A stretch of DNA of 59,808 nucleotides, taken from the NCBI GenBank assembly GCA_964577365.1, contig CAZNYP010000001.1, forward strand, positions 50,025 to 109,832, in the 5' to 3' direction. The stretch comes from an uncultured Candidatus Saccharibacteria bacterium. Its GTDB lineage: Bacteria; Patescibacteriota; Minisyncoccia; Phycocordibacterales; PALSA-1337. The position numbers and the translations under genes were made by a program. Numbering within the stretch: the stretch's first letter is position 1; every line of letters begins with the position of its first letter. This document shows positions 1 through 9,681 of this stretch, in pieces. The notes beneath the pieces are model-generated. The model worked only from the letters and a program-made list of their open reading frames with translations, searched no databases and was not told where the DNA came from.

Positions 1-361
1 GGCCCGTTCGGCGCTGGCGGCTCAGGCCCGGCTTGAGCCGGGTGGCGGCGGCAGCGAGAGCGCCGACGAGGCCTTCATGCGTTCGAAGGTGACGACCGCC
101 CGGTTTTTCTGCGAGCATTTTGAGCGCTCCCATAAAGTCGAGACCTTCGAACTGCTGCACAAATGAGAATATATCTCCTTTTGCACCACAGCCGAAACAA
201 TAGTAAGTACCACGTTCTGGTGAGATAAAGAACGAAGGGGTTTTCTCATTGTGAAATGGGCATCTCGCTTTGTACGTATTGCCGGCATTTATGAGAGTAA
301 CGTAGGAAGAGAGCACATCTACAATGTTGAGCTTTTGTTTTATTTGCTCAACAGGGGTCAT
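1..361 (-). CDS. dnaG: DNA primase DnaG, N-terminal fragment (frame runs off the window)
   Basis: ATG at 361, 2 nt after the rpoC stop, and the frame stays open to position 1. Translation reads ...NTYKARCPFHNEKTPSFFISPERGTYYCFGCGAKGDIFSFVQQFEGLDFMGALKMLAEK, a CHC2 primase zinc finger. It is absent from the ORF track because it has no in-window stop. Confidence 0.75.
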   Translation of the reverse strand, partial: MTPVEQIKQKLNIVDVLSSYVTLINAGNTYKARCPFHNEKTPSFFISPERGTYYCFGCGAKGDIFSFVQQFEGLDFMGALKMLAEKPGGRHLRTHEGLVGALAAAATRLKPGLSRQRRTG

Positions 362-363
362 AT

Positions 364-3300
364 TTATTCTTCGTTTATTTCTTCTTTAGGCTGGATCGCT
401 TCGATCATTCTTTGCTTTGGACTTCCCTTGAACCCTGTACCTGCTGGGATATGGCGTCCGATGATGACGTTCTCCATGAGACCAGTCAGTGTATCGCTAC
501 TACCTTTGAGTGCATTGTTGATGAGGATGCGGTTCGTGTGCTGGAACGAAGCAGCTGAGAGCCAACTCTTTCGTGAGAGTGATACTTCGGTGATACCCAT
601 GACGAGTGCTTCTGCTTTTGTGTCTTTTGCAAGGCCACGTACTGCGGTCTCGTCGATGATTTCTCCTTCGGTAAATGTTGAGCTACCTCCTTCGGTGACT
701 TCGTATCGAGAGAACATCTGGCGTACGATGATCTCAATGTGCTTTCGAGACACAGTTTCTCCCTGGAGCTCGTAGATCTTTCCTACCTCCTGGATCACGT
801 ATTCTTTTGCTTTCTCCACACCAGCATATTTGAATACATCATCGATATCAGCTGAACCGTCGGTGATGAGTTCACCCTGCTTTACATGGTCACCTACTTT
901 TACAAGTGGCATACGGCGGAAATGGAATTTGTATTCGATCTCGCTCGCACCCTTCTTTGTCTTTTTTGATTCTGGTACATCTGGGAGGACGGTGATGATC
1001 TTTTCTTTTCCGAGGTCTTTTACTCCAGTCACTACTCCGTCAGCGATGTTTACCACAGCTGGATTTTTTGGAGCGCGCTTTTCAAAGACTTCTTCTACTC
1101 GTGGTAGACCTGCGGTGATGTCTCCACCGACTGATGCAGTACCTCCAGAGTGGAATGTACGCATGGTGAGCTGTGTTCCTGGTTCTCCGATCGCCTGAGC
1201 AGCGACAGTTCCTACGGCTTCACCGAGCTCGACGAGTTTGTTTCGTCCGAGATCTACTCCGTAACATGCAGCACAGATACCTGCACTTTCACATGAAAGT
1301 GGTGAACGAACTGCGACCTCTGTGATACCACTTTCCTCGATCTTGAGTGCATCGAGCTTGCTCAAGAGATGACCTTTTTTAAATGTCGAAACATCCTCAG
1401 CGAGCACACGTCCGCGGATATTTTTTGAGATCGGTACTTCGATACCCTGAATATTTCCTTTTTTGATAGTGATTGATTTCTTTGTGCCACAGTCTGCCTC
1501 GCTCACTACAACGTCTTGTGCTACGACGAAGAGTTTTCGAGTGAGGTATCCTGCCTTTGCGGTGTTGAGTGCGGTGTCTGTGAGACCCTTTCGAGCACCG
1601 TGAGTGGTGATGAAGTATTCGATCGGAGTGAGTCCTTCTTTCATTGATGAAATAACTGGGAGCTCGATCGTCTCTCCGGCGGTGTTGGTGATGAGACCCT
1701 TCATACCTGCCATCTGAGTGATGTTTCCGATACTACCTCGGGCACCTGATGTCACCATGTCGAACACAGAGCCCTTTTTGTCGAGTGCTCCTGGGATCAA
1801 TTTTTCTACATCTGACTTTGCCTTGTGCCAGATCTCTACATTTTTTCGTAGGCGTTCTTCTTCGGTCAAAAGTCCGTCGTTGAACTGCTCCATGACTTTG
1901 TCTGACTGACCCTTTGCTTTTGTGATGACCTCTGCCTTGCCCGCTGGAACCTGTACGTCACTGATAGACCAAGTGGTTCCTGAGTAGGTAGTGTATTTGA
2001 ATCCAAATGCCTTAACTTTGTCGAGGATCTTTGGAATATTGTCGACACCGTAGACATTGATCATGTCGTCGATGGTCGCTGACATTTTCTTTCGATCGAT
2101 CTCCTTGTTGATAAATGGATAGTCAGCCGGAAGTACCTCGTTGAAAAGGATTCGTCCTACTGTCGTTTCAAATATTTTTCCATCGAACTCTTTGTATTTT
2201 GGAGTAGCTGGAGCGAGTACTTTGATCTTTGATCGAAGTGAGATCGCGCGGAAGTTTCGTGCGACAATCGCAGCCTCTGGAGACTCAAAGAATTTTCCTT
2301 CACCGAGTTCGCCTTCTACGGTCTTTGTAATCCAGTAACAACCGAGAACGATGTCGAGTAGTTTTGAAACCACGGTCGCGTCTCCGTTTCCAGGTTTCAA
2401 AATGTTCTTATCAGAAGCCATGATCTCCTTTGCTTCGAGCTGTGCTTCTTCTCCGAGTGGTACATGCACAGCCATCTGGTCTCCGTCAAAGTCCGCGTTG
2501 AACGCTGTACAGACGAGTGGGTGAACCTGGATCGCATTTCCTTCGACGAGCACTGGTCGGAATGCCTGAATACCGAGTCGGTGTAGCGTAGGAGCACGGT
2601 TCAAGAGCACGTATTTTCCTTTGATGACCTCTTCGAGGATTGCCCAGACTTCGGGACTACCATCGTCGATGAGTCGTCCTGCACCACGAATGTTGTAGGC
2701 AAGTTCTTTTTTGAGAAGTCCTGAGATGATAAATGGGCGGAAGAGTTCGAGGGCCATGTGTTTTGGGAGTCCACACTGGTCGAGAGCGAGTTCTGGTCCT
2801 ACCACGATCACTGATCGTCCAGAATAGTCTACTCGTTTACCGAGGAGATTCTGTCGGAACAAACCTTTTTTACCCTTGAGGTTATCCGCAAGAGACTTGA
2901 GTGCTCGCTTTGATGCAGGAGAATTTGCTCCTGGAGCAGCATTTCCATGGCGGATAGAGTTGTCGATGAGCGCGTCGATCGCTTCCTGGAGAATACGCTT
3001 TTCATTTCGGAGGATCACGTCTGGTGCACTGATCTCGATCAATTTCAAAAGACGGTTGTTTCGGTTGATCACACGTCGGTAGAGGTCGTTGATATCTGCT
3101 GTCGCAAATCGTCCTCCATCGAGAGCCACCATCGGTCGAAGTGCTGGCGGAATAACTGGGATGCGAGTGAGGAACATCCATTCAGGTCTGATCTTTGACT
3201 TGATCATTGATTTTAGCACTGCGAGTCGCTTGTTGATCTTGTCTTTTTCGAGTGAGCCTGCTTTTTCATAGTTTGTCTCGAGTTCTGCAACGAGTTTTAC

Positions 3301-3990
3301 AAGGTCTACATTTTTGAGGATGTTAAAAATAGCTTCGGCACCGATGCCTGCCTCAAAAAGCACACCGTATTTCATCGAGAATTTGTGGTAGAGGACTTCG
3401 TCCAAGACCTGACCCTCCCGGAGACTATCGATCTCATTTCGAGCAGTGTTCAAAAGCTCTTTGAGCATTTCTTTTGTCTTGTCGTCCTGAGCGTTTTTTA
3501 CTTTATTTTTAAATTCCCCATCGAGTTCTCGTAGGAATTTTTCTTTCTCAGTCTCATGCACCTTGGTGACGATATACCCTGCAAAGTAGATCACTTTTTC
3601 GAGATCTGCAGCAGACATACCCATGACCAAACCGATGCGAGATGGCATACTCTTTAGAAACCAGATGTGTGACACCGGACTCGCGAGTTCGATGTGTCCC
3701 ATGCGCTCACGTCGTACGATCGATCGAGTGATCTCTACTCCACATTTTTCACAGACGATTCCCTTGTAACGGATACCACGATATTTTCCACAGTAACATT
3801 CAAAATCTCGGTCTGGACCAAAGATTTTCTCGTCAAACAAACCACTCTTTTCAGAACGTTGTGTTCGGTAGTTGATGGTTTCTGCTTTTGTGATCTCACC
3901 AAATGACCATTCGAGGATTCGATCAGGAGAAGCCAGTTTGAGTGTGACCTCGTCAAAATTATTTGAATCTACTTGATTATATTTATTCAT
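364..3990 (-). CDS. rpoC: DNA-directed RNA polymerase subunit beta'
   Basis: 1208-aa ORF with the NADFDGDQMAVH catalytic motif and N-terminal Cys zinc motifs. It starts 9 nt after the rpoB stop. Confidence 0.98.
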   Translation of the reverse strand: MNKYNQVDSNNFDEVTLKLASPDRILEWSFGEITKAETINYRTQRSEKSGLFDEKIFGPDRDFECYCGKYRGIRYKGIVCEKCGVEITRSIVRRERMGHIELASPVSHIWFLKSMPSRIGLVMGMSAADLEKVIYFAGYIVTKVHETEKEKFLRELDGEFKNKVKNAQDDKTKEMLKELLNTARNEIDSLREGQVLDEVLYHKFSMKYGVLFEAGIGAEAIFNILKNVDLVKLVAELETNYEKAGSLEKDKINKRLAVLKSMIKSKIRPEWMFLTRIPVIPPALRPMVALDGGRFATADINDLYRRVINRNNRLLKLIEISAPDVILRNEKRILQEAIDALIDNSIRHGNAAPGANSPASKRALKSLADNLKGKKGLFRQNLLGKRVDYSGRSVIVVGPELALDQCGLPKHMALELFRPFIISGLLKKELAYNIRGAGRLIDDGSPEVWAILEEVIKGKYVLLNRAPTLHRLGIQAFRPVLVEGNAIQVHPLVCTAFNADFDGDQMAVHVPLGEEAQLEAKEIMASDKNILKPGNGDATVVSKLLDIVLGCYWITKTVEGELGEGKFFESPEAAIVARNFRAISLRSKIKVLAPATPKYKEFDGKIFETTVGRILFNEVLPADYPFINKEIDRKKMSATIDDMINVYGVDNIPKILDKVKAFGFKYTTYSGTTWSISDVQVPAGKAEVITKAKGQSDKVMEQFNDGLLTEEERLRKNVEIWHKAKSDVEKLIPGALDKKGSVFDMVTSGARGSIGNITQMAGMKGLITNTAGETIELPVISSMKEGLTPIEYFITTHGARKGLTDTALNTAKAGYLTRKLFVVAQDVVVSEADCGTKKSITIKKGNIQGIEVPISKNIRGRVLAEDVSTFKKGHLLSKLDALKIEESGITEVAVRSPLSCESAGICAACYGVDLGRNKLVELGEAVGTVAAQAIGEPGTQLTMRTFHSGGTASVGGDITAGLPRVEEVFEKRAPKNPAVVNIADGVVTGVKDLGKEKIITVLPDVPESKKTKKGASEIEYKFHFRRMPLVKVGDHVKQGELITDGSADIDDVFKYAGVEKAKEYVIQEVGKIYELQGETVSRKHIEIIVRQMFSRYEVTEGGSSTFTEGEIIDETAVRGLAKDTKAEALVMGITEVSLSRKSWLSAASFQHTNRILINNALKGSSDTLTGLMENVIIGRHIPAGTGFKGSPKQRMIEAIQPKEEINEE

Positions 3991-3999
3991 ATATTTCTA

Positions 4000-6900
4000 T
4001 TATTCTTCTGATTCACCCTCTTTGCTGGTAAGTTCGACATCTAGCGCGAGACCTCGAAGTGACTTCAAGAGCACGTTAAATGATGCAGGGATGTTTGGCT
4101 GCTTCAATCGTTCACCCTTTACGATCGCGTCAAATGCCTGTGATCGGCCGACGATGTCGTCAGACTTGATCGTGAGGATTTCACGGAGTGTATGTGCTGC
4201 GCCGTGACCCAAAAGTGCCCAGACTTCCATTTCTCCAAATCGCTGACCTCCTCCCTGTGCCTTTCCTCCGAGTGGCTGCTGAGTGATGAGTGAGTATGGA
4301 CCGATAGATCGCATGTGGATCTTGTCCTCCACCATGTGGTGCAGTTTCAAGATGTACATATAACCGACTGATACACGCTGGTTGAATGCTTCTCCAGTTC
4401 GTCCATCGCGGAGTTCCATCTTTCCATCTTCTGCAAATCCTGCTTTCTTGAGCTCTGCACGGATTTCATCTTCGGTCGCTCCAGTAAATGGAGGAACGAT
4501 AGCCTGATAGTTGAGTGTGTTTGCTGCAAGTCCGAGGTGTAGCTCGAGGATCTGACCAAGGTTCATACGTGAAGGCACACCGAGTGGGGTGAGGATCATG
4601 TCTACTGGTCGACCATCTGCCATGTATGGCATGTCTTGTTCTGGGAGAATCTTTGAGATAACTCCCTTGTTTCCGTGACGACCTGCGAGCTTGTCTCCCA
4701 CAGATACATTTCGAAGCTGTGCGATCTCGACATAAATCTTTTTGATGATTCCTGACTCGAGCTTGTCACCCTTTTCTCGTGAGAATACCTTTACTGAGAT
4801 GACACGTCCTCGCTTTCCGTTTTCCATTCGCTTTGAGGTGTCTTTTACATCTCGAGCTTTTTCACCGAATATTGATCGGAGGAGGCGCTCTTCTGGAGTC
4901 AGCTGTGTCTCGCCTTTTGGAGAAATTTTACCGACGAGAATATCTCCAGGACGTACTTCTGCTCCTGGTCTTATGATACCGTCTTCTGCGAGGTTCTTTA
5001 GTTTTGCCTCACCGACGTTTGGAATGTCACATGTGGTGACTTCGGGACCGAGCTTTGTATCACGCACGTTTACCACGAACTCTTCGATATGGATAGAGGT
5101 AAATTTACTGTCTTTTACAAGGCGTTCTGAGATGATGATCGCGTCTTCGTAGTTTGATCCAGACCATGACATAAAGGCGATGAGCATGTTTTGTCCGAGC
5201 GCCATTTCTCCATTGTCTGATGTAGAAGTGTCGACGAGTACATCACCCTTTTTGACCTTTTGACCTACGGTTACGATTGGTCGCTGGTGGAATGCAGTGA
5301 ATCCGTTTGTTCGCTGGAAGTGAACGAGGTTGTATGTATATTTATCTTTCTTTCCTTTTAGTTCTACTTTTCGTGCATCAGCAAAAACGATTTCTCCATC
5401 CTCAGGTGCAACGACGATACGTCCTGTATCGAGCACTGCCTTCTTTTCAATACCTGTAGCCACGAGTGGCGCTTCGGGAATGAGACACGGAGTCGCCTGC
5501 TTTTGCATGTTCGATCCCATGAGTGCTCGGTTCGCATCGTCGTGGTTTAGGAATGGGATAAGTGAGGTAGCGATAGAGAATGCCTGGTTTGTAGAAACGT
5601 CGATGTATTCTACCTCGTCTTTTGGACAGAGGGCTGGCTTTCCACCAAATCGTACTTCGACTACATCATTCGTAATCTTTCCAGTCTTGTCATATGGAAT
5701 AGCTGCATGCGCTACCTTTGCACCCTCTTCTTCGAGTGCATTGAGGTATACGATTTCACCAGAGATCTTTCCGTTTTTCACCTTTGCATATGGAGTCTCG
5801 ATCATTCCAAAGTCATTGATGCGTGCATATATAGAGAGACGAAGGATGAGACCGATGTTTGGACCTTCTGGAGTGTGGATCGGACAGAGGCGGCCGTAGT
5901 GACTTGGGTGTACGTCGCGGACTTCGAAACTCGCTCGTTCACGAGTGAGACCTCCGGGACCGAGGGCTGAAAGTGTTCGAAGGTGCTCGATCTCAGCGAG
6001 CGCATTTTCCTGGAGCATGAACTGTGAGAGCTGGTTCTTAGTGAAAAACTCCTTGATACGAGCCTGAAGTGGTCGTGGGAACACAAAGTTTACCGGGAGC
6101 GATACATCTGGCTCTACGGTAGACATTTTGTCCTGAATATTTCGCTTCATCTGAGTCATACCGACACGGATCTTTTGTGCGAGGAGTTCTCCAACGAATC
6201 GTACACGTCGTGAACCGAGGTGGTCGATGTCGTCCTCGATCGCATCTGGAGTATTGTTGAGGTATACGATGTGTTCGATCGTAGTACCGAGGTCAGAAGC
6301 ATTGATCGTACGTCGCTCGAGCTCTTTTTCCTCCATTGATTTACCAAAACGCTTGTTGAAACGGAATCGTCCTACACGCTGGAGGTCGTATCGCTCTGCT
6401 TTGAAAATACCGCCGACGAACTCTCGTGCGTTGTCTGCTGTAGCGAGGTCTCCGTCTCGAAGTCTCTTGTGGATCTCGATAAATGCCTCATTTGTATTTT
6501 TTGCATGATCCTTTGTGAGTGTGAGCTCGATCGCTGTCTTTGTCTCTGGGTTGTTCTTAAAGAGAGCGAGAATATCCTCATTTGTCTCTGCACCGAGGAT
6601 GCGGAGGAGTGAAGTCACTGGGAACTTTCGCTTTCGATCGATACGAGCATAGATCGCACCGTCTGTGTCGGTCTCAATCTCGATCCATGCACCACGCGCT
6701 GGGATGATTTTTGCACCGAAAAAGTTTTTACCCTTTACTTCTTCTGAGGTAAAGAAGATACCAAATGATCGTGCGAGCTGTGGCACGATGACTCGTTCGA
6801 TACCGTTGATGATAAATGTTCCGTGATCGGTCATCAAAGGAAAATCAGCGAGGAACATCTCCTGCTCCTTTTCACTTCCGTGCAGCTTGTTCTTTAGCAT

Positions 6901-7176
6901 TACTTTTGCCTTGAGCTGACCCTCGTATGAGAGTTTGTTTGCCTTTGCATAGTGCTCGTCGAACTTTGGGCGTGAGAGTTCAAAATCGGTGAACGAAAGC
7001 TCGAACTTTTTTTCAGCATAGTCACGTATCGGAGAAAACTCTGCGAATACTTCTTTCAAATCGTGCTCGATGAGCTGTTTGAACGAATTTACCTGCGGAG
7101 CGACCAAGTCAGGCATCGTGGTCAATGCTTCCTTGTACCGTCCGAAATATTTTTTATCTGTTTTCATAAAAAGCAA
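4000..7176 (-). CDS. rpoB: DNA-directed RNA polymerase subunit beta (true start probably the ATG at 7167)
   Basis: 1058-aa ORF with beta-subunit motifs GRHGNKGVISKI and GVPSRMNLGQILE. The track start is a TTG, and an ATG (MKTDKKYF) lies 3 codons in. Confidence 0.97.
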   Translation of the reverse strand: MLFMKTDKKYFGRYKEALTTMPDLVAPQVNSFKQLIEHDLKEVFAEFSPIRDYAEKKFELSFTDFELSRPKFDEHYAKANKLSYEGQLKAKVMLKNKLHGSEKEQEMFLADFPLMTDHGTFIINGIERVIVPQLARSFGIFFTSEEVKGKNFFGAKIIPARGAWIEIETDTDGAIYARIDRKRKFPVTSLLRILGAETNEDILALFKNNPETKTAIELTLTKDHAKNTNEAFIEIHKRLRDGDLATADNAREFVGGIFKAERYDLQRVGRFRFNKRFGKSMEEKELERRTINASDLGTTIEHIVYLNNTPDAIEDDIDHLGSRRVRFVGELLAQKIRVGMTQMKRNIQDKMSTVEPDVSLPVNFVFPRPLQARIKEFFTKNQLSQFMLQENALAEIEHLRTLSALGPGGLTRERASFEVRDVHPSHYGRLCPIHTPEGPNIGLILRLSIYARINDFGMIETPYAKVKNGKISGEIVYLNALEEEGAKVAHAAIPYDKTGKITNDVVEVRFGGKPALCPKDEVEYIDVSTNQAFSIATSLIPFLNHDDANRALMGSNMQKQATPCLIPEAPLVATGIEKKAVLDTGRIVVAPEDGEIVFADARKVELKGKKDKYTYNLVHFQRTNGFTAFHQRPIVTVGQKVKKGDVLVDTSTSDNGEMALGQNMLIAFMSWSGSNYEDAIIISERLVKDSKFTSIHIEEFVVNVRDTKLGPEVTTCDIPNVGEAKLKNLAEDGIIRPGAEVRPGDILVGKISPKGETQLTPEERLLRSIFGEKARDVKDTSKRMENGKRGRVISVKVFSREKGDKLESGIIKKIYVEIAQLRNVSVGDKLAGRHGNKGVISKILPEQDMPYMADGRPVDMILTPLGVPSRMNLGQILELHLGLAANTLNYQAIVPPFTGATEDEIRAELKKAGFAEDGKMELRDGRTGEAFNQRVSVGYMYILKLHHMVEDKIHMRSIGPYSLITQQPLGGKAQGGGQRFGEMEVWALLGHGAAHTLREILTIKSDDIVGRSQAFDAIVKGERLKQPNIPASFNVLLKSLRGLALDVELTSKEGESEE

Positions 7177-7329
7177 AAAATCCCTGGAGTGCTATATCCA
7201 AAGGAATAACTATTAATTTCTAGTCTTTATAATCAAAGAGGACCAATTTTACGCCTTGTAATCCTTCTTCTGTGCGGCCGTGACTCAATCGTTGAAGTTA
7301 TGGTCAGCCTAGCATATAAAAAGTAGATG

Positions 7330-8205
7330 TCAAGGGGTGGATAACGCCGGCTGCGACTTTTCAGCATAAATGTCAATAAATTTATAGCTTATCTCATCAC
7401 CAATTTCTATCTTGACCATCAACCCTGTCTTTACCTCATCATTTGCATACTGATCAAAGATAAAGTTCCCCATTGAGTAGACAATGGGTTTGTCTTTATA
7501 GACTTCGGTCGTCTGGACCACATGCGGATGCGCGCCGATGACTGCATCTGCGCCCGCGTCGATAAATTTGCGTGCCCAGGTTTTTTGAAGTGTACTTGGC
7601 TCTTTTTCATACTCTACACCCCAATGCGGGAATACAATCGTATAGTCTGCGGTGGAAGAAGCGACTGTTGCTAAGACTTTTTCAAAATTTCTATATGAAA
7701 ATTCATTGAAACCAATAAACTCTACTTTTTTATCTTTCTTCTCAATTATAAAAGAGTGATTTTCTACATTTTCCCAATCACCAAAATATCCTATCCCTGC
7801 ATCCTGTAGATATTTGATCGTATCAGTATATCCCTTGTACCCAAAGTCTCGAGAATGGTTGTTTGCGAGACTGACTGCAGTGAACCGTTTGAGTTGCTCT
7901 ACCACCTTTGGGTCAAAGGTAAATTTGAGATTGTCCCTCTTTGCGATGCTTTTGTTCGTCGTGATCGTCCCTTCTAGATTCCCTACCACAATGTCTGCAT
8001 CGAGCGTTATTTTTTGAAATGGATATTCGTACCCGTGTTCATCCATGAGTGTGCGAACATACCGATCAAACATCATGTCCCCGACGATGAGTATCGTGAG
8101 GGGTTCAGGAGTAGGTATAGGAGTCGGTGCGACGTACGAAGTGGAACCCGGCATAAAAAGCCCGATTGCAAGTAGTGCACCGATGATACTAGCGACCTTC
8201 AGCAT
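7330..8205 (-). CDS. CapA/PgsA-family metallophosphatase-like membrane-anchored protein
   Basis: N-terminal hydrophobic anchor followed by ILIVGDMMFDR, GNLEG, SLANNHSRDFG, FPHWGVEYE, GAHPHV and MGNFIFDQ, which is the CapA-type pattern. Confidence 0.78.
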   Translation of the reverse strand: MLKVASIIGALLAIGLFMPGSTSYVAPTPIPTPEPLTILIVGDMMFDRYVRTLMDEHGYEYPFQKITLDADIVVGNLEGTITTNKSIAKRDNLKFTFDPKVVEQLKRFTAVSLANNHSRDFGYKGYTDTIKYLQDAGIGYFGDWENVENHSFIIEKKDKKVEFIGFNEFSYRNFEKVLATVASSTADYTIVFPHWGVEYEKEPSTLQKTWARKFIDAGADAVIGAHPHVVQTTEVYKDKPIVYSMGNFIFDQYANDEVKTGLMVKIEIGDEISYKFIDIYAEKSQPALSTP

Positions 8206-8818
8206 TGAGTTTTCTCCACTCCTCTATTTTAGCCTGATGGCCAGATAAAAGCACTGGGGGTACTCGATACTTTTTCTTCTTGTATTCGATCGTCTCTGGT
8301 CGTGTGTAGACATCTTTTGCAGCCGCACGAGACTCCTCGAGAGAAGCAATATCCCCGAGCACGCCTTTTACCTGACGAGAAATAGAATCCATCATGATCA
8401 TAGCTGGGAGCTCTCCACCAGTGAGGACATATGGCCCGACCGAGTACTCTTCTACTTTATAGACTTTTTTTACTCGAGCATCGATCCCTTCGTAACGTCC
8501 ACAGACAAAGACTATATCTTTTTGCTTTGAGAGTTTTTGCGCATCTGCGGTGGTAAACTGTTTTCCTTTTGGAGTGAACCAGATGATCTTTTTCTTTGGT
8601 GCTTTTACCTTTGCAATGGCTTTGATGACAGGGAGCGCCTCGATCACCATCCCTGGACCTCCACCATACGGTTTGTCATCGACACGACCCTTGTCATGAT
8701 CGCGCGGATTGTAAAATTTTACTTTTACTTTTTTGTCTTCGATCGCGCGCTTTAAAATAGACTCACCAAGGTATGAGTCAAAGGCTCCTGGAAAGAGAGA
8801 TACGATATGGAAATTCAT
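8189..8818 (-). CDS. trmD: tRNA (guanine37-N1)-methyltransferase
   Basis: MNFHIVSLFPGAFDSYL...DDKPYGGGPGMV...RYEGIDARV is the TrmD pattern. The start is placed at the internal ATG 8818 rather than the track start 8863. Confidence 0.93.
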   Translation of the reverse strand: MNFHIVSLFPGAFDSYLGESILKRAIEDKKVKVKFYNPRDHDKGRVDDKPYGGGPGMVIEALPVIKAIAKVKAPKKKIIWFTPKGKQFTTADAQKLSKQKDIVFVCGRYEGIDARVKKVYKVEEYSVGPYVLTGGELPAMIMMDSISRQVKGVLGDIASLEESRAAAKDVYTRPETIEYKKKKYRVPPVLLSGHQAKIEEWRKLNAEGR

Positions 8819-8853
8819 ACACAATTTATAACACACTTTGTCAATAAACACAA

Positions 8854-8874
8854 AGGACGCCACGCAGGCGCCCT
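8854..8874 (-). terminator. hairpin terminator downstream of the 132-aa ORF
   Basis: The minus strand reads agggcgcc-tgcgt-ggcgtcct followed by ttgtgtttatt. The stem is 8 bp with one mismatch and has a U-rich tail. Confidence 0.5.
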
Positions 8875-8878
8875 TTCG

Positions 8879-9277
8879 TTAGAATTCAAACTCCAGTTGT
8901 CGGATATCACCCAGACGAGGAGTAGAGAGATTGACCGCGACCTGCCTTCTCGCAAAGTATCCGCAAAACTCACGAGTGAGATCCGGGACAACGATCCGAA
9001 AATCTAGCCCGTCGGCGACGGCAGTCGACAAGAGGCGCGCTCGTCGTCCTTCTTGTTTGAAAACAGAAGCTCCGACAATGAGATTGGTATCAGTGTCGTC
9101 TGCGACAAATATCGCGCCTTGGTCTGGCAAGAGAAGACGGCGCAAATCCTTGTCAGAAAACCGGTTTGTTGAGCCCGGTGCATGAAGCGGAGCGAGTCCC
9201 CGCATCTTGTAAGCCAAGAGGGCTGGGTTTGCAGCTGGATGCGATCCAGCGTCGAAAACGTGGATCTTGAGGTGCAT
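8879..9277 (-). CDS. hypothetical protein (132 aa), G+C-richer cassette sitting where rimM normally lies
   Basis: Uninterrupted 132-codon frame with its own promoter-like element and terminator. I recognise no family motif, and it shows no RimM/PRC-barrel pattern. Confidence 0.6.
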   Translation of the reverse strand: MHLKIHVFDAGSHPAANPALLAYKMRGLAPLHAPGSTNRFSDKDLRRLLLPDQGAIFVADDTDTNLIVGASVFKQEGRRARLLSTAVADGLDFRIVVPDLTREFCGYFARRQVAVNLSTPRLGDIRQLEFEF

Positions 9278-9286
9278 ACTATTTCA

Positions 9287-9315
9287 AAAATACTCCTCCC
9301 CTCTCACAAAGTCAA
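9287..9315 (-). promoter_or_regulatory. sigma70-like promoter TTGACT-N17-TATTTT, 9 nt upstream of ATG 9277
   Basis: -35 at 9310-9315 and -10 at 9287-9292 on the minus strand. The -35 context CACATTGACTTTG is identical to that of the promoter at 12493. Confidence 0.45.
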
Positions 9316-9323
9316 TGTGGATA

Positions 9324-9638
9324 TCAGATATCGAGATCTGCCATCGCTTCGTCGAGAGATTTTGTCGCTTTGTCGGTCGTCTTTAGACCACCTTCTGGTT
9401 CGTTTATCTTTAGATTCACTCGAGAATTGTTTTTCATTCCTACGACGCGGAGGAGGGTGCGGATGGCTTTTGCGGTATTTCCCTGTCGGCCGATCACCTT
9501 GCCCATATCGTCTGCTGCTACTTCGAGTGTGAGGAGCACGCCCATCTCATCAACTGTTCGGTTTATTTTTACATTTTCTGCCTTGTCTACCAGTGCTTTT
9601 ACAACAAAATCCAAAAATTGAATGTCTTTATCTGTCAT
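9324..9638 (-). CDS. KH-domain RNA-binding protein (YlqC/UPF0109-like)
   Basis: The GKVIGRQGNTAKAIRTLL GXXG KH motif, and the canonical position between rpsP and trmD. Confidence 0.85.
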   Translation of the reverse strand: MTDKDIQFLDFVVKALVDKAENVKINRTVDEMGVLLTLEVAADDMGKVIGRQGNTAKAIRTLLRVVGMKNNSRVNLKINEPEGGLKTTDKATKSLDEAMADLDI

Positions 9639-9681
9639 TGTTCTATATTAGTCGTTAATAACAGTATGAATACTGCTGGAG

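Noticed and set aside
251-7176. Numerous 60-190-aa ORFs on both strands inside rpoC and rpoB, for example 251-775 (+), 830-1198 (+), 4742-5152 (+) and 5330-5899 (+).
   Set aside because: They lie entirely within, antisense to, or out of frame with two unmistakable long genes. They have low-complexity Ser/Arg/Phe-rich translations typical of shadow ORFs.
7177-7329. The 153-nt region upstream of rpoB as a ribosomal-protein leader or riboswitch.
   Set aside because: It has a possible TTGACA box overlapping the capA-like gene stop, but no convincing -10 box, conserved structure or hairpin that I could identify by eye. The evidence is insufficient to call.
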